Program-made: the position numbers and the translations under genes
Shown: positions 49,409-61,446 of the stretch, piece by piece
Position numbering within the stretch: position 1 is the first letter of the stretch
Layout: each line of letters opens with the position of its first letter
Assembly (NCBI GenBank): GCA_043228905.1
Contig: JBHGNT010000022.1
Span: 7,068,001-7,132,000 of the forward strand
Source: Azolla caroliniana
Taxonomy: Eukaryota; Plantae; Polypodiophyta
DNA: 64,000 nt
Direction of reading: 5' to 3'
The notes under the pieces: generated by a model
Databases searched by the model: none
What the model was told of the DNA's origin: nothing
What the model saw: the letters and a program-made list of their open reading frames with translations, nothing else

Positions 49409-51026
49409 ATGCTTTACAATAAAATGTGCTGATGTCGGATTTATGGAAAGTGTTTAGTAGTTGTATTGAGTACAACAAATAAGGAAAAAATACGGACATG
49501 TGGTATTTAATTGGATTGAAGAGTTACTTTCCATATGGCACTCTACTAGCCGTGTCCAAATCAATTCCAAAACACTTCCTGCTGTGTTGAATTGATTATT
49601 TTTGGAGGGAAGTGAATTGTTATTTGTGTAGATATAGAAATACAGTAATATTGTGTTCACGTATCCAACTTTCCAAGGGGTGTAAAAATACATTATCCGA
49701 ATTAACTCTTCTGTATTGATGATACACTTGTCCCATTCCATAAATTTGACATGGTACATGGATTATTGTAGACCTCATTCACAATTGTAAGATCTTGTGT
49801 AAACCTTCATGTGCGGCATTTGCCACATTCTTACAATTTTCATGCACAAAAAATTTAGACAAGGTCCATGCATATGCACATGAAAAAATCCATATTTGAA
49901 ACAAATGTTGTTTCATGTGCTTGGTCCTACAATGCGGAGAGGATAAAATATGCCCTTTTTAGGGTACTAATAATAGAAAGATGATGAGAATGGTTTTTCT
50001 TCTTGTTTTAGAGCTTAAAGTTTGCTTATCATAAAGGAGCAATGATCTAAATTTGCTACATTTGTAATCGGTAGCATCTCACACAAATGTGTGTTGATGA
50101 ACAATTTTGGTATGCTTTACAATAGTTGTATAGCACTTGATTGACCAACATGGAACACATTTATGTGTGATAGTAAGACAACTCCTTCGAGGTTGTAATT
50201 GTTTGTGTTTTGTTGTAGCACATATATGCAAACATTATGTGCACCTTTGTAAGTAAGTTATTCTTGACATGGAACCAAGACTACATGTATTATGTTATTT
50301 TGAAATGCAAGAACCTTTGTAAACACATTGATCAACATCAATGAAATGTAGATATGTTCGGGATTATAGTCAAGAATCATATATTTGACAATTCACATAG
50401 GCAATAAACACTCTGTTGATTGTACAATATTTGTCAAACCAATCTCTATTTTTTCCACTAGGTAACATGGACCATAAAAGTTGTGCAAACTAACTTTGAC
50501 ATGATACAAGGGAGGTGATGACATATATTGGTAGATTGAAACATTATTTTGGATGCCACTTCAATAGTGTTTGGAAAGAACTTGTTTTCCGCTTATAACA
50601 TCAAATCATCTCAATTTAACAAAATAGTGGTTGGTGGTTTGGGTTGGTGATATTTGGATCATAGGGTTGAACATTTACCACTATGTTGTTTGATCATTGT
50701 CCAAAATAGGAGTTAAAACTAATATAACTAATGATAGAATTCATGAATTCCCTCAAAATGTGACTTAGCTTTTTGGTACAAGGTATAACACAATGATGGG
50801 GCTAATCCTAGTGAAGCCTAGTTTTGTATTTCAACGGACTATGCTAAGATGCCCATTGCCATTAATGTCTCACAAATTTATTAACTAAACTTGCTTTGAT
50901 GCATTCTTGTCCACATATATTTTAGGATTATCAATCAAAATAAATTTATTTGGAGTTGACCTTGGTATAGGCCATTACTATACCACTAAGAAGAAGAAGA
51001 AGAAGAATAAAAACATATAAATAGTT

Positions 51027-51070
51027 TCCTTCCTAACTAATGGGAAAGTAGCTTCATTTTGGAAAAAAAA
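51027..51070 (+). mobile_element. Ultra-short retroposed LINE/SINE tail with long TSD
   Basis: TCCTTCCTAACTAATGGGAAAGTAGCTTCATTTTGG followed by poly(A), flanked on both sides by AAAAACATATAAATAGTT. Confidence 0.8.
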
Positions 51071-51893
51071 AAACATATAAATAGTTGTAGTGTGTTATTA
51101 GTAAATTGATAAACGCCATACTTGCACTTCACACTTGAATACATATATACATTCCTCTCAGTGTCTCACCTCACATAGAGTATAAGAGGAATAACATGAG
51201 TTAAATTGTATGAGAGAGTATGTTTTATAAAATGTCAATGTCCTCCTCTACATTTACTTTTGTTTACCAACTATAAAGAATATAGCTACATGTTCTTTGT
51301 GTACCTTGTTGCCATTATGTATATGTGGAGGACAACAATAAACATCAATTATGAAAACCATCACAACTAATCTCTTGTTCAATTGCATCCATTCACCAAA
51401 ATATTCCAAAGTTTATAACAATTTTGTCAAACATGCAATAACTATTACCAAATATAATGAAAAGTCATAACTAACAAATATGGTTTTTCTTAATGATAAG
51501 ATCAATCAGATGTCAACAAAGATGTTCCTTAAGAAGCATAAGTTCATTCACACCCATTTAAATTGAAATTTCCACCAAACAGATTAGACTAAATCAGAGG
51601 AACAGGAGCACGGTGAGGAGCGCCCGCGGCGGATAGCTGTGTGCCGCTGTCTAAGATCTCGCGCAGCGGCTATCACAGGAAGGAGTCTCGGCCGCTCACC
51701 AGTGGCTGTTCTGCAGTGTTAGGGAATCACTTTGAGGAGACGTTGTGAGGCAGGGAAGATGCGGAAAGTGAATGATGGTGTTCCTACAAAAGGAAAGGCT
51801 TCCTCCCAGCGTCCTCGTTGGCCGTCGCTTCCCTTGCGGCAACAAACCTCTCGTCGGATTGCGTGTTTGACATCGGGATAGCCAGGGAAGGCA

Positions 51894-53877
51894 TTGGACA
51901 GGTCTACAACATTGGAGGCTAGAACATTAGGAAGGCGCCACATGCTCATGCCACACTCCTCAATCAACGAATGCGACGACAACCTTTTGGAGATGGATAT
52001 GCTCAACCTTCCTCCAACACACATAGTTGGAACAGGTATGGATTCGTATCCTCGAGCTGAAATATTAGGTACAGGTATGCATCCAGATCCGCAGAATGAG
52101 GAGCAGATAGGCGGGGGGCTGATCATGGCACATTCCGAAATGAACACCGAGGCAGGCTTGGGCAATGTCTTGATAGTAAAGAAGAATAATGACAGTGGTC
52201 AGGTTCAAGAGAAGCAGGTGGAGGAGGGCATTGATGAAAGAAAAGGGATCGACCTTTATCTTTCTCCGGCAGAGAATCGAAGATTGATGGAAGAAGTGGG
52301 CCGTTTAAAGTGTTCATCGTTCATTTGTCGGTTGTTAGGAGGACGACCAAGTAAAGGGATGCTAAGGGACATGTTGCAGGCAACTCTTTTGGATAAAATG
52401 CTGCCTATCCAAAACATTTTGAGAATGGGCCTCAACTATTACCATGTGATCTTAGAAGAAGGTCATAATGTGAAGGAGATTCTGGAACACAAATGGATTA
52501 CACTCAAGTATGGCAAAGCCATGATTTTGGAATGGAGTCCAAACTTCGATGCAAAGGAAGAGAATAAAAAAGCAGGCACACCGATGGTCATTATAGTGTG
52601 CTTCCCAGACCTACCTTTCCAACTCCACCATTTGATCCCAAAGCTCACACACAATATAGGGGTGGTATGTACAACGAAACCTTCATTTGCAGATAAGGTA
52701 GCTGAAATGCCCAAGATGAAGGTGTTGGTTAGTGACATTAAAAAACTACCATCAGAGATTAGAGTCCACACGGAGGACTTTGGCCTAAGGGTGGTGAAGG
52801 TTAGTTATGAAGGCTTGTCGGGTCAATGCTTTGCATGTAAGGAGATGGGCCATATGGCCAAACACTGCCCCTTGTATGTGAATGCAAGAGCGCATAGGGG
52901 ACAGCAAGACAACAAGTTGCCGGATATCCCACATTCAGGGATGGCAGGCCACATGGTCATGGGTCACAATGGGAAGCAAGTAGTAAAGGAAAAAGGATGG
53001 ATATCGCCGAGGAAAGTGGCCAAGCCTAGCCTCCACGGTCTTGCCTGCCCACCTACAAGTGGAGGTTCCATTTCGAATAGATTTGACATCCTTTCACAAA
53101 TGGAACCCCAGGAAGGCGAAATAATTTTAGCAACTCCATTTGAGTTACTACCTCGAGTCGAGACCCATGAAGCACTCGTAGAGCCCTCTGAGGGTCGTGA
53201 CAGTAGATTTTCATCAGACCTGAGAGTGGTTAAGGCCTGGATCAGGAAAGGGATGGACAAGGAAAGTGAAGTGGACGTCAGGAATATTGAAGAAAAAAAA
53301 AATGATCACACGGACTGAGGTTGAAAATCCCTCATTTGTGGGTGTGGAGTTTGTTATGATGCAAGCATTGAGGATGCAAGATATGCAAGTACCCAAGGTT
53401 GTGGTGAACATTAATAATCCAAGGGGAAGAGTGCACGGGTGGACTAGAGCACACATGGTCCTCTTCAACAGCAACTCCGGCAGACCGGAGACTGGTTGTT
53501 CTTTTGACTTGGAACCTGATTTGAAAAATGAAAGAGGAGAAGACTTGTCCTTGAAGTCGTTTTGTAACAGGGCAGCATTATGTCTCCAGTACCTTACATT
53601 TGAAAATAAGGCTGTAGGGTTGCAAACATTATGGACGAGCTCCCCGATATAAGGGGAGCTTATGGAACTTGCTCAAGATGTTCCAGTGGTTTGCATATGG
53701 AAGGTACAGGATCTAGGGCTGAAGCCTGGTTTGTTCCACTTCCATTGTGCTGAAGTGCCCAAGAATCAAGAATGGAAAATAAGTATGGAGTGGGAATTTA
53801 TATGGCGTATGATAGAGACATATTTGTCGAGCATGGGAGATTTCCCCTTGGCTTTTTTTGTGAACCCAAGTCAATGA
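51894..53877 (+). pseudogene. LINE ORF1 (RRM/DUF4283-like + CCHC + long C-terminal extension), with one apparent frameshift and one stop
   Basis: ORF 51894-53318, then ORFs 53266-53652 and 53662-53877 sharing one frame; the frames overlap at an A10 run near 53293-53302. Confidence 0.8.
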
Positions 53878-56800
53878 GAATTTGTTCTTGGAATGTGCAA
53901 GGACTTGGTGGATCTCAACATCAGCTAGAGAAGCGTCGGTTTAGGAGAGAATGGGAAGCTGACGGCCTTTGTAAAACTATTGATATTTTGCTCTTACAAG
54001 AGCATCACCTTGGCCAAGAAAGAACGGAACTGTTCAAAGCCCTGTTGCCAAGGGATTGGTACACATGGTGGGCTCCTACTCACGGCGTGTTAGAAAGGAG
54101 AGGTGGAGTGTGTATTTCGGTGAGGAAATCAGCGGATATCATCATCTTGGATCATGGCATACTGATCGAAGGTAGGGCTATGTTCTGCTACTTGGAATGG
54201 AGGAATGTAAAATTTGGGGTGCTGAATGTCTACGCACCTAACATTAGCAATGAGAGGACCTCATTTTGGAGACTGTTGGCAAATAAAATTCCCTTTGTCG
54301 ACAATTGGATAGTGGCAGGGGATTTTAACATGACAGAGAGAGTGGAAGATTGTCTTGGGGTTCATTCGAACTTGCTACATAGGGAGGAGCTTAGAGCGTG
54401 GGGTTTCGTAACTTCTATGTTGGGAATCCGGGACTCGTGGTATTCTACTATGGCAGTTGAGGTGAATTCCTTAAGGTTCTCACGATTTGGATGGAAGGAG
54501 AGTGAAGGATGTCACTCTAGATTGGACCGCATCTATGTGAGCCCCGAGATAGAGGAATGGAGTGGCTTCTCATCCATTCTTGCTGGTTTTACTTATTCGG
54601 ATCACCTTCCAGTATCCTTGACTCTTGAACCTATTTATAAGAAGAAGAGTGAGAGCAATGTGAGGATTCCTCTGAAGATTTTCGGTATCTAGAAGGTTAA
54701 GGATGCAATGAATACCATTTGGACGACATCTCCATCAGCCCACGGCCCAATACAGGTACTGGAGGAAAAGATTATTAATTCTTCTTTGTTTCTTCAGCAA
54801 GTGGCTAGGGAGGAGCTGTTAAGGTGTCAATACCGTCTGCAATGCCTAAGGAAGGCAGTCATCTCAGCTCAAAAGCTCACGCAAGTGGACCCATGTTGTG
54901 CTTGGGCGAAAGACAGGCTGCAGGAGGCCACTAGGTTGCTGCAAGAGGTTAGACAGCAACGTGAGCAATTCCTCTTCGGAAAGTCAGCAGCATGGTGGGT
55001 TGTCAAGGGAGATAAAGTTAACAGGGAATTTTTTCTTGCCAAGACTCCGAAACAGAGAGGAACACATATTCATAGTCTCAAACGGGAGGAGGATTCAATG
55101 ACATTTGATCAAGAGGAAATCTTGCAAATGGTGACTAATTACTACAGAGACCTTTTAGCTCCTACGTTGACAAACGACCCTCCGAGTAACCTAATGCATG
55201 GTGTAATTACATGCTTGAAAACCAGGATTGGAGAGGCAGCTAAAGCGCAGTTGTCAAAAGCCATAGAGGAGGAAGAGATTGTAGCGGGGCTAGATAAGAT
55301 ACAGAGTATGGCTTGTCCTGGTGCTGACGGTCTTCCCAAAGCCTTCTTCAAGGAGTTTTGGGAGCAAATTTTTCCAAGCTTGAAAGCTGGACTGCAAGAG
55401 ATGTGGAGAACGGGACGGATGCCGAGTAGCTTCAATGAAGGCTTGATGTACTTGATTCCGAAATCGAAGACTGCGCTAGACGAGATTAAGCAATGGAGGC
55501 CCATTACAATTTTAAACCTAATTTATAAAATTTTTGTTAACATATTAGTGCAGAGAATCAAGCCCTTCCTAGGCGATATCATACAATCCAATCTAACTGG
55601 TTTCATGGAGCATTGTTCTATTATGGACAACGTGATTTTGTTTTGGGAGGCTGTTGCAACGGCGAAGGTGACCAATCAAAACTTAGCCTGTCTGATGCTC
55701 GACTTCGAGAAAGCCTATGATCGAGTGCAATGGTCTTTCTTGGAAGAAGTGATGAAGGTCATTGAGCTACCATTGGAATGGAGGAGTGCTGCCCAAGCCT
55801 TATATAGGAATGGCTCGAGTAAGGTGCTGATTGCAGGGAGGAAAGGAGCTCAAATCATTCTTACTCGATCCATCAGGCAAGGTTGTCCTCTTGCCCCCTT
55901 TCTTTTCCTTTTTATTATTGAAGCAATGTCTGCCCTTTTTAATAGCCAAGGGGCAAATCTTCATGGTCTTTCGATCCCTAACGCAAGGAAGTCCCTGCTA
56001 GATTCGGAGTTCGCGGACGATACGATGCTATACCTCCAAGGAAATGAAGCGAATCTTGAGAGGGCACAGAGTGCTATTGAGCTCTTTTGCAAGGCATCGG
56101 GAGCGTCCATTAATTGGAAGAAGTCCAAGGGTTTTTGGATCAGCTTGGAGCCTGAGCTTGTTTGGAAGCCAAATGCTGAATTCAAATGGATTGCAAACGG
56201 GGAAGCCACTAGGTATCTGGGAACGTGGATTGGGGTAGATATCAACAAGGGAATTCAGCTGCAACATATTCAAAGCAAAATCTGTGACAAAATTCGCAAC
56301 TGGTCAGGGATGAACTTATCATTGGCTGGCAGGATCATAGTAGCTAACCATGTGCTTTTGTCTACATTATGGCATGTAGTTTCAGTGTGGATGTTTGACA
56401 AGCAAGCTATTCGTATTGTTAAAGCGCGTATTAGGGGATTTCTTTGGGCTGGGATGAGGAAAGACAATGCGGCAGCCAAAGTATCATGGTCTACATTGAT
56501 TCTTCCCAAGAGTAAGGGGGGTCTAGGATTGGTTGACCCTGGATTGCAGAGTCAGGCATTGTTATGTAAGATATTGGTAAGAAGCTTGCTACCCGGTGAT
56601 GAGTTATGGAAAACATTGATACATAATAGGAGCATTCTATGGAGTCCAAGACTGGGTGGGCAATGGAAGTCACACAAAGCGTGGCCTTTTTGCATGGACT
56701 TAAAATTGAGGAAATCTAACCGATTGGCTGATCGTACTTGTATGTCAGTGATGTAGGCGTGGAGTATGCTTCGTGGGCATCTAAGTCGGAATCGTCCAAG

Positions 56801-58148
56801 TACTAGTGCTGAATGGATGCGCCAACCCCTATTGTGGAACGAGACCGTGCAATCGCCAAAAGGAATGATGCTTGGACAAAGCAAGCGCATGCCGTGGGCT
56901 ATATTGCATTTTCTAGGGATACACTCGGTGGCTGATTGGCTGCGGTTGTTCGGCAATAATCGTGATTAATTATATGAAGACATGGTAAAGGTCAGAAATG
57001 GCAGAAAGATGCTTGACGTAGTCAATACAACTGTCTCCTCACTTCCTATTGGTAATGAGGAAGAGGGTGAATGGTCTAGACAATGTGATGGTACCGGAAA
57101 TATTATCAATGTCAGGGGTCTAGGAAAGAGTGGGAAGACCGTCCTGATGGGATTATTAGATGAAAGTGCAGGTTGGTACCCTATTAGAATTGTGGCAAGA
57201 CATGGAAAGAAATGGAAGGTGAATCCACCAGTCGAAGAGGTCGAGGAGGATTGGATCTTGTACGTGGTTGAAGGCAAGCCTCTCGAGCGCGTAGAATGGG
57301 ATCCCGCTGAATATAGGTGGAAGGGAGAACAAGCTAAATCACTAGGTTTCTTCGAATACTCGACGCACTTGGGGAGAAAGTTAGGTTTGTATCGTGAGAA
57401 ATGTGCCAACAAGTGGACCCATGCAGCTATCGATTCAGTCTTCGTGGATAGAACCAGGAGCAGGATATGGAACTCATTCCTTCCCGAGTAGATCAAAGTG
57501 TTTTTCTGGTTAATCACCCATCGGGCTGTTCCAACGGGAGAGTGGCTTGGGAATAGAGGCGGCATGAGTGGTTGCAAGGCGTGTAGTGCGAGCTTGGAGG
57601 ACATCGCTCATTGTTTGTGGTGCTGCCCACGAGCGCAAGAAATCTGGCTGAGGAGCTTAAGAATCTTGGCTCGTTTTGTGGTTGAGGTTCATGTATCGAG
57701 CGCAACAATCACTTGGCTGGCCACTGAATCGGCCTCGTGGTTTCAAGGGTGGAATGGAAACAGTCCTTCTTTAATGGTGAAGCAAGGATCTGTGCAACCA
57801 GCAACACAAGGAGGTTTATTCTTCTTACAGGAACGCTACGTGGACATATGGGTATTAGTGGTCGGCCTTACGGTCTGGCAAGTGTGGGTATCTTGGTGCA
57901 AGGAGACCCTCGCAGGTAAACGAACCCCACCGGCTGAGAATTTAATGATGATCTGGTTTAATCTTATTTCTACGTTGCGAGGTGAGTTTGAAAGTCTTCA
58001 AGGGCCATCTGATGCAAGTGAAGAAGCTAGAGCTCGGTTCCTTCGGAAATGGAGCGGTTCGTCAATGCTGCAGATAATGGATGGTAAAGTGAAGTGGAAT
58101 TATCAACCACCGTGGTGGCTGTTCCCTCCAAGTGTTCCTAACATCTAG
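53874..58148 (+). pseudogene. LINE ORF2 (APE endonuclease, RT, zf-RVT), about 1424 codons in one frame with four premature stops
   Basis: Motifs MRICSWNVQG, LLQEHH, GDFN, SRLDR, SDHLP, PGADG, LDFEKAYDRV, RQGCPLAP, FADD and CKACSASLEDIAHCLWCCP. The five listed ORFs are all in the same frame. Confidence 0.93.
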
Positions 58149-58681
58149 ATGGGTGCTGCCATGAGGAGTGAATGGAGGACATCTATACTGAATTCTATTT
58201 TCTGTGAGGCTCACGTGGAGAATATGTGTTCGAGTAACGCTATACACATAGAATGATGTGGTGTTTTGGAGTTGTTTTTTTATGTTGTTTCATCTACACA
58301 TTGTTTTCCTTTGACATGCAAGATGTCTTGTAAGATATGAGTTGTAAATGATTCCTTTGTACATTCTTAACTAATGGAAGTAGATGTTTTTTGGAAAAAA
58401 AAAAAATCTATGCAACCTTGTTTTCAAGATCTAGATTTTTGGGACAATGTTCAACGAGGCACTGAAAACGTGTCCCAATCTTAAATACTTGTTTTATACA
58501 ATAATGGAGCCATGGTGTATCGTCCAACATAAGTTGTTACATCCCACGCCAAGGGGAATTTGATGCATACCCAAACTATTTCTCCAAGTTGCATATCAGA
58601 AATGATATAGTATTATCATAGTACATCTAATAGGTGCATTGTATATCCACTAGACAAAAAGGTCCAATAAAGATACAACTT

Positions 58682-61446
58682 TGTTGAGCGCGCAAGCTCA
58701 ACATGATCCGGATTGGTTGAGTAAGTCAAGAGCCGGATCAGTGTCCAGAACGGAGAGTCGAATCTGAGTGTAACCGGTAGGCCGTTAGAGGCCTATGATC
58801 CCAGCCTAATACGTAGGCATATTTTTAGGACTAAGTGTCAATCGCTCGGTACGAGCATTGAAGTACATGTCAGTACTTCTCTCAGTCCTTTAAGGACTTC
58901 TATAAAAGTGCTCACTGAGCACATCGTATGTATAGAGTATTGAGTTTATTTTGAATTAAGGTTTTGTTGGTTGCACTCTCTGTCTGTCTCTCTCACACCT
59001 ACTCTACGTATTCCATTCTTTGTGTTTTTTGTTGCTACCTGGCCAAGCCAATTGAGGTATGTTTAGCTTTTGCATTATTTCTTTTACATGGCATCAGAGC
59101 GCGAGGGTTAGAAAATGCTCTATTGCCGACAAGAGCTTTCAACAAAAACCGAGACCTAACACCCAGTAAGAATAGATGAGAACGAGAAATGGATAGAGGC
59201 ATGGGAAGCTCGCTTCCGATGGAGAAGCTCGATAGGAGCAACTACGCATCTTGGTCATACAAGATGCACCAATATTTGTTAGGACATGGATATTGGAGTT
59301 ATGTCGAAGAAGCAAATGATGCAACATTGGATTTGATAGAAGGGATTTTCTTGATTGGAACAGTCGGCAAGCATAGTTCTCTATTGCTTCACATCTAGTG
59401 TTGGTGATCAGTTATTGAGCTACATCCAGGACGCCAAGACACCAAAGAAGGCTTGGGGAAATTTGAAGAAGATTTTCACCGCGAGCACCATAGCCAGAAA
59501 GCTTCAGCTCAGGCAGGAGCTGAGCAACGTCCGACAAAGAGACGTGTCGGTGGCTGATTATACCTCTGGGATCAAGGACACCTGCGATTCTCTCGCCTTT
59601 ATCAACGCGACCGTCGAGGAGGACAAAATGGTGAAGGTTTATCTCGGAGGATCGACGGTTTGCACAAGAGAGAATACATCGTCATTCTTTGAGTTGCAAT
59701 CGATGCTTTTCATTGAAGAGAACCACATAGGTGCGTCAATGAGTACACACACCGACAGCAAGATGTTGTACATGAAAGAAGATAGGCCCCATGGTCATGG
59801 TGGACGAGGTGGGTGACAGGAGCAAAACCGAAGGCATAATCGACATGCCGATAGAAATTCCGGACCCTCAGGAAACAGGGGGAGTCAAGGTGGCACCGTA
59901 AACCGGCAAGGAAAGGCCGAGACGGAATGCAATAAAGGCCATAGGGAGAGCAAGTGCTAGAAGAAGCGCGTCGATTCGGACAAATCCGGATCCAACAAGG
60001 CTGGACAAGGGAGTTGGCAAAGCTCACACTACGCCAAAGGATCGGAAGGATCTAGGACTGGAAAGACCGGAAATGAATCGGGTCCAGCCTTCTGTGATGA
60101 AGCACAAGGCTAATTCGATGAAGACAACCACCTCGAAACCGAATGAGTTATGGTATGTTGATTCCGGAGCGTCGAACCATATGACGAGTCACAAGGAGTG
60201 GTTCTCTTACTTGGAGAAATCGAAACAACCGGGGGTTGTCGAAACCGGTGACGACACCCCACATACCATAGAACATGTCCGTGAAGTTCCCCTAAACCAT
60301 GTCGGACAAAAGGGGAAGCTGATGAACATTTTGCACGGCCTGACAATCACAAAGAATCTGGTGTCAGTTGGACAAATTGTCGACCAAGGGATGCAAGTCC
60401 AGTTCACACATCTCGGGTGCTTCATTGCACAAGGGCGCCGAGAAGGGAGGATGTTTATCCTAAAAATAAAAGAGGTCGGAACCACGATGTTTGCAAATGG
60501 GAAAAAAGCCGAGTAAGATATCGACTTGTGGCACAAGCAGTTCGGCCATATCAACTTCCAAAAGCTTTAGGAGATGCAGTCGACACATGTGGTTTCCGGA
60601 CTGCCGAAGTTGAGTGACCAGAAGGGCCAAATTTGTGAAGCTTGCCAGCTCGAGAAGCAACATAGGCTTCCGTTCCCCAATGAGAAGAATCGGAGCTGAA
60701 GCCGACTTGATCTTATCCATTCAAATGTGTGAGTCGGATTGACCAGTCGAATGAAGAGCCGACGAGTAGTGGAGACTCGGCCATGCTGTCCCCACTCAAG
60801 GAACCAAGGAGACGGTTCATGCAGAAGGAAAAAGGAAAGAAGAAGATAAGGAAGAGTCCAATCGGAGCGAATCCGACTCCGAAAAGAGTGAAGACGCACT
60901 GATCTACCCGTTAGAAGAGGCCAGTGTCAACGAAGAAGGCTATCAAATTGGCAGAACAAAACCTGCACCGATCTACCTGTTAGAAGCACCCTGTAGCCCG
61001 ATACAGATATAACGACTACATGGCACATCACTATGCATACATGACAAAGGTGGTGGAAGTGCGTGAGTCGGAGAGCTACGCAGAAGCGGCAAAGGACGCT
61101 AATTGGCGCGCCGCTATGGAGGAAGAAATGCGGGCACTTGATGCAACGACACATAGGACCTGGTTGATCCCCCCAACACTAGAAACTAATCAGATGTAAA
61201 TGGGTATACAAGGAAAAATGCAACGCCGATGGTTCAGTCAACCGTTACAAGGCCCGACTAGTGGTGAAAGGATATGCATAGACCCACAAAATCGACTATG
61301 ACGAGACCTTCGCTCCGGTAGCGAAGATGACGGCGGTTCGTGTGGTGCTGGCAATCGTTGCGGCGAGGGGTGGCATCTTCACCAAATGGACATGAAGAAT
61401 GAGTTTCTTCAAGGCGATCTTGAAGAACAAGTCTATATGATCCAAC
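58682..61446 (+). mobile_element. Degenerate Ty1/copia (5' LTR, PBS, gag, PR, integrase largely deleted, RT start), interrupted by a gypsy
   Basis: LTR TGTTGAG...TTTACA at 58682-59088; PBS TGGCATCAGAGC at 59089-59100; gag EKLDRSNYASW; protease WYVDSGASNHMT; LWHKQFGH; [17 protein letters not shown] and DYDETFAPV. Confidence 0.9.

Larger units (their letters stand above)
51596..58406 (+). mobile_element. Full-length L1-type LINE, lightly mutated
   Basis: GC-rich 5' leader, ORF1 with CFACKEMGHMAKHC, ORF2 with APE-RT-zf-RVT, 3' UTR and poly(A) at ~58395-58406. Only a short possible TSD (AAATC). Confidence 0.93.

Noticed and set aside
49450-51000. Possible DNA-transposon remnant downstream of ALDH3
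   Set aside because: AT-rich with no ORF or motif I can support.
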